NCBI GenBank assembly: GCA_964199315.1
Contig: OZ116698.1
Coordinates: forward strand, 30,194,001-30,258,000
Length of the DNA: 64,000 bases
Reading direction: 5' to 3'
Origin: Orbicella franksi
Lineage: Eukaryota
Shown here: positions 28,701-39,755 of the stretch, piece after piece
Position numbering within the stretch: the stretch's first letter is position 1
Layout: each line of letters begins with the position of its first letter
Program-made: the position numbers and the translations under genes
The notes under the pieces: generated by a model
Told to the model about the DNA's origin: nothing
The model's database searches: none
Seen by the model: only the letters and a program-made list of their open reading frames with translations

Positions 28701-29181
28701 GATTGGCATGTGTCTTGTCTGAGTTTGGTACGGGTTTAGTACGGGTTTGGTTGGTGTGGGTTGGTATGGGTTGGTATGGGTTTGCTATGGGTTTGGTACG
28801 GGTTTGTTATGGGTTTGCCATGGGTTTGCTATGGAGTTTGATATGGGTTTGTATATGTTTAGTATGGGTTGGTATGGACTTTGTATTGAGATTGGCATGT
28901 GTCTTGTCTGAGTTTGGTACGGGTTTAGTACGGGTTTGGTTGGTGTGGGTTGGTATGGGTTGGTATGGGTTTGGTCTGGGTTTTGTATGAGGTTTGTATG
29001 GGGTTTTAATTACTAAAAGGGTGATCTTTTTTTGGGTGTTACTAAGGCGATAGCTCATGTAGAAGGAACTGGCATGGAGGAATTGAAGCAACAAATTGAG
29101 ACAAACATAGATGGACCAAGGAACACAAACACGCAGGAAGAGTCGTCAACGGATGATCAGTTGGACCATGACCCTAGATAA
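13773..29181 (+). CDS. PUB-UBA-coiled coil-UBX-thioredoxin multidomain protein (p97/VCP cofactor-like), 529 aa
   Basis: 17 GT-AG exons with continuous phase: 13773-13787, 13882-14002, 14887-14963, 15718-15883, 17029-17094, 17304-17376, 17894-18029, 18380-18471, 20362-20443, 21443-21565, 22079-22128, 22644-22759, 24390-24464, 26709-26802, 27020-27125, 27722-27784, 29047-29181 (1590 nt). PUB: YVNNIVKDPVNPKYRKIRISNPKF...LLFSGF. UBA: MKEMGYD...ALIATKNKGIQPAIDWI. Charged coil: ERLRLEAIEEAKLEKQRKKLHKE. UBX: ELRIRIPDG...TIQTLY...LMTLFPQRRI...TLESAGLAPRAALVV. Trx: LIVVKFYASWCSLC...FARINVDE...VTSLPTFKLF. Confidence 0.88.
15301..15570. mobile_element. Foldback/MITE-like repeat fragment
   Basis: Repeated, mutually inverted motifs GTGTTTCTATCGAGTTATAGAAACAC / GTGTTTCTATAACTCGATAGAAACA; ends in CATGTTTTCTATTTCCTA. 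Confidence 0.6.
17610..17730 (-). mobile_element. Decayed SINE fragment (same family as 60301-60600)
   Basis: The reverse complement resembles the CTCTCCACCCAGG...ATAAATG...CCTGCGATGGACTAGCATC core of the full copy. Confidence 0.45.
18763..19823. mobile_element. Kolobok-like non-autonomous DNA transposon
   Basis: TTAA on both flanks (18759-18762, 19824-19827). Termini GGTCATTCCCC...GGGGAACTACC form an imperfect TIR starting with GG. TTAA TSD with RR...YY ends is the Kolobok pattern. No transposase ORF. Confidence 0.7.
20036..20340. mobile_element. Interspersed MITE-like repeat, copy 1
   Basis: Clearly similar to 46549-46835 (AAGTAATATATCAAACAC...CACATTTCCAAACAC...TGACGAACTTTGAG...CAGATATCCAAAC). 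A partial third copy lies at about 4435-4500. Confidence 0.8.
20609..20796. mobile_element. Tc1/mariner-type MITE (TA-flanked, GGTGGCC subrepeats)
   Basis: TA|CAATGTAACCCCG...CAGGGTTCCATGG|TA degenerate termini and repeated GGTGGCCATA motifs. Confidence 0.55.
23247..23547. mobile_element. MITE with GGGAGCTT(A/G)AGCAA TIRs
   Basis: 5' GGGAGCTTAAGCAAACCACGACGACGACGG and 3' CGTCGCCGTTGTCGTTGCTCAAGCTCCC; TA on both flanks. Confidence 0.85.
28000..29010. repeat. G/T-rich satellite (10-11 bp TTGGTATGGAC / TTTGTATGGAG units) with a 189-bp higher-order duplication
   Basis: A homogeneous 11-mer array at about 28105-28400. A block starting at 28621 recurs at 28810. It lies in the last intron of the PUB-UBX-Trx gene. 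Confidence 0.95.
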
Positions 29182-30927
29182 TGCGGGACCTGTACATCAA
29201 ACAGTGACTGCATTTGTAAAGACGATGTAAAGTGAATCTTGAGCATGTTACCTTAGCTCGGTTATGCGTTAGGAGCTTTACTCCGTGCTGTAAGTCAGAG
29301 GTTGCGGTGAATGACAACGAACCTGTGGAGAGTAACACAATATATGCCTGGAATCTGTAAAAACGCTATCGACTGTTGGAAGAAATGAGGATAGAACCAA
29401 ACAGTAGAAATTGCAGAAAACCGACTCCATGATAGGAACGGATGCTGATCATCGTCATAATACGTGTAGTACTGTAAATACATTACGGCTGTCTAGGAAA
29501 GGCAGCCGTTGTTTCTTCGTCCTCTAGAATTGGCCATTTTGCTCTTACCTAGAGCTTCTATTTTAAAATGAGTCTTGGTACAAACCATTGATACCAGTTA
29601 GAGTTAATTGAAATTGTAATTCTTTCATATCAGAGGTTTTTCGACAGGACGAATCTTTCAGTCACAATCAGAGGCAGAAGGCAACTCGACCGCACACAAC
29701 CAGCCGACTGTCACTGAGCCAGTAGTTTACCATCAGAGACGTTGCTAAGCAACCTGACGTTATCTATGACGTCATGATGACGTAAACAATTAGCAACTGC
29801 TGGCGGGAGTTTTGTATCGCTAAATGTTTTCCAAAAACACGATGTTTTTAGACGTTTCTGCCAGAGAATGTATCATGCTGCTCTATATTGGTGTGTTGAT
29901 GTTACACATTCCCGTTTTGTTTCCGCGTTACGTTGAAAAGGGCTGCATCGTTTCTGATAAACACCTTTCTGATGATTTTCCAGTCTTCTTGCCCAGTCAA
30001 TAGTTTATAATCTTCATCGGGTCGCCTCCACTTTGCTAGTTATATACCTCCCCCACTAACTTGGAGTTTGATTGTACGGACATTGGATAGCCAACATAGA
30101 GGTGACTCTTTGTTAATACACAGATGATTTAAATAATGTGGCATAAAAGGTATTTATTCATGATTTTCGCCATCTTTGTTTTCGCATCATGACGTAAATT
30201 GAGTACTTGATTTTTGAGGTGGGCAAACGAGTTAAGAGGCGACAAATTTAAATAGATTATTTCGGCGCGTCTATGAAAAAAAAAACGATCTGTAGACGGA
30301 TTCGGCTAACGTGTTTAGATCCTTGTTGCCACTCAATTCAGATCATGTGATGATTCATTTGGGAGGCTACAACTGTTCTGTTTGTACTTGCTCCCATGCA
30401 ATCAGTTGCGTCTGGCAAATTGCGCGATTGTAACCTAAATGAATCATCACGGGGTCTGAATCGGGTAGCAACAACGATGTAGCACGTTACCCGACTCCCT
30501 CTATTTATCATCAATAAGGGTACAGCTGCATAAAGAAACGTTAATTTTTAAGCGAACGGAGTATTTCCACCATTGTAACTTATTTTAAGTCGACTGGGTT
30601 TTTTTTTGTATTCAGCATGGTTTCAATCGGCGAAAAATCACACAAAATCTCTCAGCGTACTAGATATTTTTGATAACGTAAATCTAAGAGTAAGTCCACG
30701 TGTTTCAACGTGTACTGGCGTCTATTTTTTTAACGAGAAGACGTCTTTCATGAAACAAAAGGCAGAAAGCAATTGTAATACTATCCTTGCCTGTTTTAAC
30801 GCTTAAATTTTAAGATTCTATTAAATAAAGCTGTTCTTGATATCTAAAGCAAATCAACATGATTTTGAAATTGTCGAGGATGGGATGAAAATCATCCACA
30901 GAAAGGAACAGAAAAGATTTTCTTTCT

Positions 30928-31140
30928 CTGTTGAAGGTTCGGTGGCCAAGTGGTTGGTGCTTTGGACTCGTAATAGAGCGACCCAAACTGGAATCCCGGC
31001 CGAGGTCATTGTCTTGTGTTCTTGGGCCAGAAGGCATTTCACCAAAATAGTGCCTCTCTCCGTCGAATACTGACCCACTGTTAGAAAAAACCTGGCAAAA
31101 GGTTAGGGTTAACCTGCGATGTAGCATTCCAACAAGGAGA
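30928..31140 (+). mobile_element. Decayed tRNA-derived SINE
   Basis: GGTGGCCAAGTGGTT...TTGTGTTCTTGGGC...GTGCCTCTCTCC...AACCTGCGATG aligns by eye with the copy at 60301. Confidence 0.65.
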
Positions 31141-32453
31141 GAATTACCAAAATACGTAGAATTTAACTTTATTACCATCAGACAAGAGCACTGTAAATGC
31201 ACGAGGTGCATTTACATGGACTGCGCTGCTTAAAAACGATAGCCGTGTAAGGTAATCTTCATAGAATCGCATACTCAAAGCTGAATCGCACGGTGAAAAA
31301 GCACTCTGATTGGCTGGAGTTGAGGGGTGGTTTCACGCGGAATCGCTTGTTTGGCTTTGAAATGGCTTTGAAAACAGCACGCAGTTTTAGTTTGGCTTTA
31401 AGTTTTTTTATCGTTTTTTTCTCGAGCAATTTCCAGTGGAATCAACCTCGGCATCATATTTTAGGATAACTGAATGGCAGATCATTTCATGAAAGTTTTC
31501 TTTAAAAAGGCCGCGATCAAAGGGCACGATATGGTATGCTAACTGAAAATGTATTTTTTCATATTATGACCGATACTCGGACTGTATTTGTGTTTTTGGT
31601 ACATTTTGAAAGCTGTGGAAGCTAAAAGTTATCACAGGGGAGGGTTACAATTTTTTGGGCTCACATGTTAGGGGGGGTAAGATTTTTGGGCTGTTAACCT
31701 GAGAGGGGCTTGCCTTTGAAATAATACCGGCCCTCCCCCCCCCCCCCCCCCAAATAGTTAATGACCGCTCCCTTATGGGATTCTTTGTCTTTAAATCGGT
31801 TATCGACTGGTTCATGGCCTAACCTCCTGGTGACTCCGTCAGTCTCTGGCATTCTATGGATTGTCTTCAAGGTAATGGTGTTCCTCCTGTTCAAGTCGAT
31901 TAGTTACTGATCCATGACGCAGCCTCTTGATGCCTTCTACTGAGCCTCTCTGTAGAATGTCTTCCACGTAATGGCTTTCCTCCCCTTAAGATCGGTCCAT
32001 TACTCCTGTATGGCCTTGTTGCTTGCTGACTCCTTCTGTGCCTTCAACGTTACATTACTTTAAAATTGGTGAAATACTGTAGTCCATCAATCCGCTTCTT
32101 GTTCATACCATATGTATTCAACCTCCTGACAATGGAGTACCTTCCATAGTATTTGCTATACTGCACTGGCTAAGATATCCCAAGCGTTTTTATCAGTCTT
32201 GACCCCCAAAAGATCGAAATCTGAGCAAATAGCCGTCAATTAGTCCGCAATCCTCACTCAGTTGTCTCATGTTCAAGTGCGAATATTCCAAACTAAACAG
32301 TAAGTTTATGATACGATCGAAACTGTATATTTGCAGCTGTTTCTCTACGTCCTCCCCTGGATCGCCCTGATAACAACGACATAAAAACAACCTCAGCTAA
32401 TTGCTAGATATACAATGCGACACGCTAAAGTTCGTTAAAGGCAACAATACGAA

Positions 32454-33014
32454 ATGACGCAAAATGGTAACCTGCAGAACAGAATTGGCAATCTTACAGG
32501 GGATAAAAACGGATTATCAGCATTTAGACCCGTCAGATCAAGAAAACAGACGTGCCCTCAGCTTTTACCTGTCCTTTTAGGACGCCAAAACAGCCAACAT
32601 GAGTATAATATTCACGACAATCCTCTTGCCGCTTTAGAGGGCTTTGTAACCAACTACTTCTGTAGAGAGTCTGCTTTAGAGCCTAATGAAGTACTCTTAT
32701 CGAAGCAGCGACGTTCATTGACTCATAAACCTCGTCAAGAATCATTGCCGAAAAAGAGTGTATTCACCGACATACAAATTCAAACACTGGAGGAAAGTTT
32801 CCAGTTTAAACAACATTTGTCACCAAAATCTAGAGAATGGCTAGCGAAACTTGTTGGTCTAACGAAGCGTCAGGTCATCACATGGTTCCAAAACAGACGC
32901 GCCAGAGAACGGAAAAAAGCGGGTGTTAAAATGGCTAAACACGGCAAAAAGTGCGTCGCAAAGGGCTTCAAAATTCCAGAAGTACATTATCAAGTATACA
33001 GAGCATTTCGCTGA
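32454..33014 (+). CDS. Intronless, divergent Lbx-like (ANTP/NKL class) homeobox protein, 186 aa
   Basis: Homeodomain at about 32742-32921: FTDIQIQTLEESFQFKQHLSPKSREWLAKLVGLTKRQVITWFQNRRAR. QVITWFQNRRA is the Lbx helix-3 signature. The upstream motif NPLAALEGFVTNYF resembles the Lbx SPLCALEELASKTF motif. Confidence 0.88.
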   Translation: MTQNGNLQNRIGNLTGDKNGLSAFRPVRSRKQTCPQLLPVLLGRQNSQHEYNIHDNPLAALEGFVTNYFCRESALEPNEVLLSKQRRSLTHKPRQESLPKKSVFTDIQIQTLEESFQFKQHLSPKSREWLAKLVGLTKRQVITWFQNRRARERKKAGVKMAKHGKKCVAKGFKIPEVHYQVYRAFR

Positions 33015-34455
33015 GAGAAACAACAGAAATTTTTCGACAAATGCACAAACAGTGTACAAAGTGTTCTATCTATCCTTTGGCGGAACGCCTTCAGTTTCGT
33101 TGCTGTTTGACCATGTTTGAGAACAAGAGGACTGGCATGGCCAGCGACATCAATTTTAGAGTAATAAGCATATATACTGTTTTCTTAACAAACACTTTAA
33201 TTGTTCATATAGAGTATATGTATAGTGAATTTCAATTAGGTTCTGAAACGTTGTTTTCATTCACTTGTTTTCATTCACTTTAGGCGAGGATAGAGTTCAT
33301 TTTTTCTAACGTGACCCCTTGTCTACGTCACATCTGATTTGCCAAGTCAGACAAAATACACGCGAGAAATGCAATACCTAGTTGAACGTTGATGAGTCCA
33401 AAAGTACAGTTTGACGAATACGCAGATGGCAAAAAAACATTAGCAACAAGAATTGTAACTATTTACATCACATGTTCTTGACTTTGAGGACCACGCACGG
33501 TTACTATCGTTGATTAGAATTGCTTGCTTTCATCGGCTCGCATGGCTGGCGTTCCATTTTTGTTTGTTATTCTTTGATCGCGCTAGTCTCCACCTAATCC
33601 GCAAAATACCTCTTGAGATTACAGTAAATTATCGGTACATGTACCAGCGGTTATTGGGTATCGAAGGAGTAGCTTTCAGATTATTTTTAAAGCAAATCAG
33701 AGTTGAAAAATGGCTGTTATAAACATGTTTCGGTTTATGTTACAGGCTCATAACTGTTTTAAAACCTTGAGCAAAAATTAAACGTGTGTGACCGTTACCC
33801 TTCCAAGGTAGTTGGTTCTGGCTCAAAGGTGAAATTTCATGGCTTCTCACGCAAAGCTCAAGTGTGATACAAAGTTTATTTAAGAAACCACAGCACTAGT
33901 GAAGCTCGTGGCTGATTACTCTACCATTTTATCATCTTACAGCAAACTACAAGAGAAATCTGTTGGCAAACAACGCGACACAAGGCTTGTACAATAAGGA
34001 CTTTTGTTTTTTCAAATATTGTTATATTGAATGGCAACAATCTTCTGTTTGACAGAACCGTAGAACGGCTTATGGACTTTATTATTGCTTTTTTTATCGG
34101 CTACTCTCATCGACCTTTTTTTTGGTTCCTTTTCACTGCAAAAGACAACAACAAAATTGGCTTTGTTTTGTCGAGTCACAGCTTCCTTATTGTCTTTGGC
34201 AAAAGGCTCATTCAGCCTTACTGATCGACTAGTGTTCGTTGGGTACAAATGAGATGTGCCTTTATTTTGGAAAACGTGCCATGATTTTTCAGTTTTAATG
34301 ATAGTATACTGTGCTTCAAAACAGTTCAAACTAATAATACGGTGTAGTTTATTCACCAGCCCATCTAAGCGGTTTCATGGGCACATCTGGCTCGCAGCCA
34401 AGATATTGCCCCTGCGACTGATGTCACGGTCAACAGAGACTGTATCTTTTGCTTG

Positions 34456-37400
34456 TCAATTCAAGACAAAATTTCCTTTTGGGGCCTTGAGAATGACATA
34501 CAAAGCGTTGCTCGCGATCGCGAACACCACGATCCACATAAAGAACTTATTCACCACTCGCGAGGCGAATCTCCATTCCTCACGAAGGATATCCGCTTTG
34601 TCCTCCTCATGGTATCTTTGACTTAATAGGTAATCATTCTCGGTTTCGCTGGACTGGTCATCTGGGTTTTGGCCTGGAATAAGTTCCGAGATTGCCACAT
34701 GAGAAGGCAGGGATGGAGCTGGCATCCAGTTCACCACAACTCCATTGGTAACCATCTCGTTTGACGTGGATTTTTCCCTCATTTCCATCTGTTTCTTCTG
34801 TTCTTTAATTGCGGACCACTCCTGTTGCATTCGCATCGCTTTTGCGCTCCATTCGCACAGAACAGCTCTCAACCAGTGAGGCAGGGAGTGCGCAGAGTGG
34901 TGGTACAAAGTAAGAACAATGCATGAGAAAACCAACGACATGAAAATGTTCAACATTGTAAGCCCGTAGTAGACTACTATCAGCGGCACTTCTGATGTGG
35001 GTGGAAGGGAATCGGAGAGAATCAGCTGAATGATACTCAAAGACAACAGCACCGTTATACCGACACCCATTCGCTCTCCTGTCTCCGAAGGCAGGTAGAA
35101 TGAGAGGATTGTCAAAGCCATCATAATGAGACAGGGCATAAAACAGTTGAGTACATAATATAACGACCTTCGTTTAATGTGAATGTCGTATGTCAGATAC
35201 ACATACGGATGCGGACAACAGCGAAATGTAGTCTCGTGTCTTTGCGAGGGCATGCTTTGAAGCGTCCATTCACCGTTTCCTATAAACGAGCTGATGTCAC
35301 CATCTCCTTGAGTGAAGAGATTCATTTCATAAATGTTGTACGACCAGGAACCCAGTTTGAGCTGGCAAACCTATCAAACAATTCAAAACAGCAATAAAGT
35401 TATCCATGAAGTCAGCTCATGTTCTTTGGCGTTATTGTCACGCTAGTTAGGCTACATGTTTGGGGGGGTCTGTCACGCAGGGTATGTTGGACGTTTTTAT
35501 TGTTAGGTGATTCTGTCACTCCAGGTAAGCCTAGTTTACAAGATTCTGGGAGACGCTGTAGCCTGCTGAATGGTAAGCGCGCTGGACTCGCATAGTCCGG
35601 TTTTAAGCCCTTGTCGGAGTCACTATATTGTAGTATATAGGACAAGACACGTCAACAACAATTTCTCTCCCCGCACAGGAGTATAAATGGGTGACAGAAA
35701 ACTGTTAGGGCAACCTGACGGAATGCAGCTGGAGAGTAGCCTACGATTGACTAGCATCTCCTCCTGGGGGAATAGCAATACTCCTACCCGCTTATGTTCA
35801 TACCACAGAACCGGAGTCAATTTAAGCGCCGAGAGTTATGGACCGGTTGGGGTTATAACGTTGTGCGTTCTTGCAAACCTAAGGAAACAGAAATCCCTAG
35901 GTCTCAGACGTGTTTCTGAGAGGTGGATTGTGACAAGAAGACAAGAGGAGTTAAAGAAAGGAGCATCTGTTCTTTACGTACCCCCTCGCTTTAGGTGTTG
36001 TAATCTCTGAAACCGATAAATGGCAGTTCAATAATAGTTCAAGGCTGTTACCTGGTCATCGAAGGGAAAGTTCCTGACGTCCAGTTTACAGGAGGATTTG
36101 TAGATAGTCGGGAAGTACCTGGATATGCTTCCATCAGAGGATATCGTAAGGCTGTGATACGACTCCTTGTCGATGTTATAATCATCTTTAGCACTGCAAG
36201 GAATCATATAATTCCAGTTGAAGAACGATTGGTAGGTGGGTAACATTAACAAAAAAAAGAATGAGTAAAACCAGAAAAAAGCTTTCGGAATCACTCAGTA
36301 ACGGGTGGGACGGCCTTGACTTGTTTGGAGGAAAAGTCGCTAAAGTAAACAGCCACTCTTCATGGGAGGGATAGGGTAGGTCAAGTTTCTAATTTGACTT
36401 TGTTAGTTACAAAGAAGCTGTCGACTTTCAAATTCTGAGCAGAGGAATCCAGAAGTTTAAGAAATTCAATTTTTGTTGCTGTCAGCTACAGTTTAGTGTT
36501 ATGGTGCCTTGAAGACAAGTGTTATGGTGCCTTGATAGCTTATTATACAGCTGACTTTGAAGTTGGCGATAAACGTACCTCAGGTTAGCTGGACCATGGA
36601 GATACAGTGCATGCAATGGCTTAATTGCATCGTGTGCAAGAATTAACTACAACGCGAGCGCACTATCCGTAACACTGCGTGCAATGGTCTAACACAACTA
36701 TCGGCCTTTTTATGTCTTCTTGATATCCAATCTCTCACCCAAAAGCGACGAACTGTGACGTGTATGTTTTCTTTCCGGAGAGAAAAGTCACTGAACAGCT
36801 GCAGTTTATTTTACTTGCCAACTTGAGCTGAACACAATAGCCATTTTTAACGAGATTGTTAAAACCAGAACTTACTTGCTGCGTCAGCAATGTTAAGCAA
36901 AAAGTTGCAGCGCGTGATCGCGTCATTGTGAAAAACGTTGCGGGTAATGTTGTGTGCAGCATTAAAACGTTTGTTTGAGTCTTTTGAAAATCCTGCTTCT
37001 TAACAACTGGAAATACGTACTTGTTATACAGTGTGATGTCAGGAAGCCAAAGATAACTGGCTTGAGTCACAATGAAGTTCACACCGTCAAACTGGGAGGA
37101 ATTCCAGCGAAGTCTGTGATCATTCCAATACTAATGAGAGGGAAAAATCATCGTTCAAATTCAAGTTTTTCAAGTTTTTCTAGGCTCTAAGGAAGACGAA
37201 ATTATCCAGGCAAGGGTGAATTGCAGTTACTCTCTTATATGGGCTATATAGGTATGTGCGGCCTTAAAAGGTATAGTTTTTTAGGCGTTTTTTCCATAAA
37301 TAAGGTATCGATTTTGGCCATTTTGGTCTCAAATAATTTATGGTTTTTGCACTTTAGTCTTTAATTCGGAATGTTTGTTTAGAAGAAGCTACGTTTTCAT

Positions 37401-39755
37401 CATTACCGATAGGAGCATCAAGAAAAAGCTCTTCACGATACTTCTGAACTAAGTAAATAATTATAAGGCCAGTCTGAATCAGGGTATTGATTTAAGGGTC
37501 AGGTCTTAAATGGGGTATCAATTTTTTGGTCGGGTCATAAATAGGGCAGAGAAAATCACAGATTTTAGTCATAAATAGGATAAGGGTTTTAGTGGGCGGG
37601 CCGCACAACCCAACCCGATTTTTCTGGTCGTACCACCCTCCACCCCCCACCCCCTCCGGGACTATGACCTACAGAAAGATTCTGAACCAATTCAGTCTTT
37701 CTTTTACTTGACTTTATTGTTCGATGAGCCCGGAATCGAGCTGAGTAACCACACACAGAAGGATCTATGTTATTCAATAGAACCTGTGAAAAATGGGAAA
37801 AGAAATGATCCCTTAGATTGAATTTGAAGTAATCTGGGTATTTTTCCGGACCACGGACAATCACAATCTGTGTCTGGTAAATGCGCTAGAGTAGCAATTA
37901 TCATTAGGCGTGGCATCATCATCATTATCATTATCATCATCATCATCATCATCACCATCATCATTCAATTCCTTCAACTCGACTACTAAATCAGATCATT
38001 ACCATATTATCTGTCAGTTGTTGCAGCAGACCAAAACACCGACCCTATATACTAACCTGTCGCACCCAAATGACAGCAGTCATAGTCTGCGATCGCTTGT
38101 TCTGCGAAAGGAAAATCATGAAACTTTTCAGTAACGAACACAATCAGATAACATCCATGCTTCTGAAATCTCCATTCCAATGACCTTTACTTCGTTCCAA
38201 AGTGCATGTTGGCCGCTCTGAAAAGGCGGAGACCTGGGCACGGGTGAGGCGAGTCGTAGTCGAAAGACTTCTGGGTAAATAATCAGTTTCACAGAAATAA
38301 CAAACAATTTTACAACCCGCTGCTGCTACCTTTGTTTTTTAAATTCTACTCACCACATCGATAATTTGGTTTAATGCCAAGTCCAGCGTGACATTCACTC
38401 CCACATCCAGTACTCTTTTGGGGATGACGCTCTTGTCATAAGAGTTTAGCAATCTGTGTTCAAGCTTTTGAACAATCTCAGAACTCGGCGAGCCTGTAAA
38501 ATGCACCTTTTACAATTTAGTCAAGCTATTTTACAACGACAAGGTTCAAGTTTTATTTTTATTGCGTTTCCCAGTAAAAACAAAGTGAATCCAAAATAAT
38601 TTTTCTTGAAGTTTCAAGTCAAAGAAAATTCATGAAAGTGTCGAAAATGGATTTTATTTGTAATTTGAGGATTTTCGCTTTTGCATGGTTGGCAGGAGAT
38701 TCCTAGACCGCTGATTGGCCAGCGTGTACTGCCCTAGTTTCGCAGAAACTAATCACCGAGGTCGAAAGAATCAAAAGCGCCAAAATTGTCGTCGTATTTT
38801 CTACGGATAATAAAAACACAGTCGTCATATACTTTAATACGATATGTTTATATAGCTTTGCTCTGTTTTTTGTTATCTATGGGCACCTTGTTTAGGCTAT
38901 CACATCGGTCAACATCTATTTTACCGCTTGGGCTAATGATCGTTTCTCTACAGCGACTAATTTGTAGCTTATTTCTCTGAAATGCTTAGCTGGTATTACA
39001 AAACGATACCAGGAAACTCGCAAAACACAGGGTTAATCCTTTAAAAGTCTTATTCTACCTTCTACATTATATTTATTTTAGCATTAAGTGTCCCTACTGC
39101 GAAAAAATCATGAAATATGGTGAACACCCTGATCGAGTTTTTTTCATCAAGAAATATCGAGTAATAACTTCAAATACACCGCTATTTTTTTACTGCCGGG
39201 GCTTAATGAACAAATTAACGTTTTGTGTTTTCCATTTTAACTTTCTAAACGATCATTTGAAGAGGTGAAGATTGAGTTTTGTGGCTGTTTTAGCGACCTT
39301 GCTCGAGGGCAATAAATTAAAGACACTTCGCATTTATCACAAGACATCCATGAGCTATCTCTTCAAACTGATAATCAGGTGACCGGCAGACTGGAGTTTT
39401 TTTATAATATCTGAGAGACAAGATTATTTCTCTAAGCTCATTTTACTTTATTTTTAAATCTGGTTAACACATACGTAAATACGAGTTTTTATGTTAATTG
39501 AAAAAATCTGAATGCATTTCTAGATATTCAGTTATTAAAAACTAACGATTTAAGTACAATGCGTCCAGGAGAATTGTTACAAAATTATTTTAACTTGTTC
39601 GGTAGATTTTGAAATAAGGTATTATGTTTAAGACATATTTTTAACGCCAGAAGTAAACACTTACCTACACTTGAATTCAAAATGTTGACGAAATACAATA
39701 GAAACACGTTAATTAAAAGCGAACGTCTGGACTGTGAGTAAAGCTGCAGAGCCAT
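34456..39755 (-). CDS. Nicotinic acetylcholine receptor alpha-type subunit (alpha7/9/10-like), paralog A, 480 aa
   Basis: Exons 39755-39665 (signal peptide), 38493-38354, 38101-38057, 37130-37021, 36193-36052, 35370-34456 (1443 nt). Motifs: WLPDITLYN, Cys-loop [15 protein letters not shown], loop B GSWSY, loop C FRCCPHPY, M2 GERMGVGITVLL, four TM segments. Confidence 0.95.
35548..35850 (+). mobile_element. tRNA-derived SINE in the last intron of nAChR A
   Basis: Same family as 60301: GGGAGACGCTGTAGCC...GGACAAGACAC...GTATAAATGGGT...GACTAGCATC...AATACTCCTA. Confidence 0.75.
37212..37660. mobile_element. MITE-like interspersed repeat
   Basis: Starts near CCAGGCAAGGG...TACTCTCTTATATGGGCTATATAGGTATGTGCGGCC and ends GTACCACCC...CCCCTCCGGG, consistent with a degenerate CCCGGGGGG-GTAC terminal inverted repeat. 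Confidence 0.5.
37914..37964. repeat. (CAT)n microsatellite
   Basis: An imperfect CATCATCAT run of about 50 bp. Confidence 0.95.

Noticed and set aside
27985-29094. Many long ORFs on both strands (W/Y/G/M-rich or P/Y/T-rich)
   Set aside because: These are translations of the 10-11 bp satellite in several frames; they are intronic and have no gene structure.
31770-32390. Protein-like minus-strand translation upstream of the homeobox gene
   Set aside because: Multiple stops and frameshifts. It is probably a transposon relic that I cannot classify.
36495-36535. 18-bp direct repeat AGTGTTATGGTGCCTTGA (period 23); similar triplet ATCGAATTTAG at about 40665-40710
   Set aside because: Only 2-3 units, consistent with slippage or a transposon footprint, and not an array.
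37770-38134. Poly-Met and poly-Ser ORFs
   Set aside because: Artefacts of the (CAT)n microsatellite.
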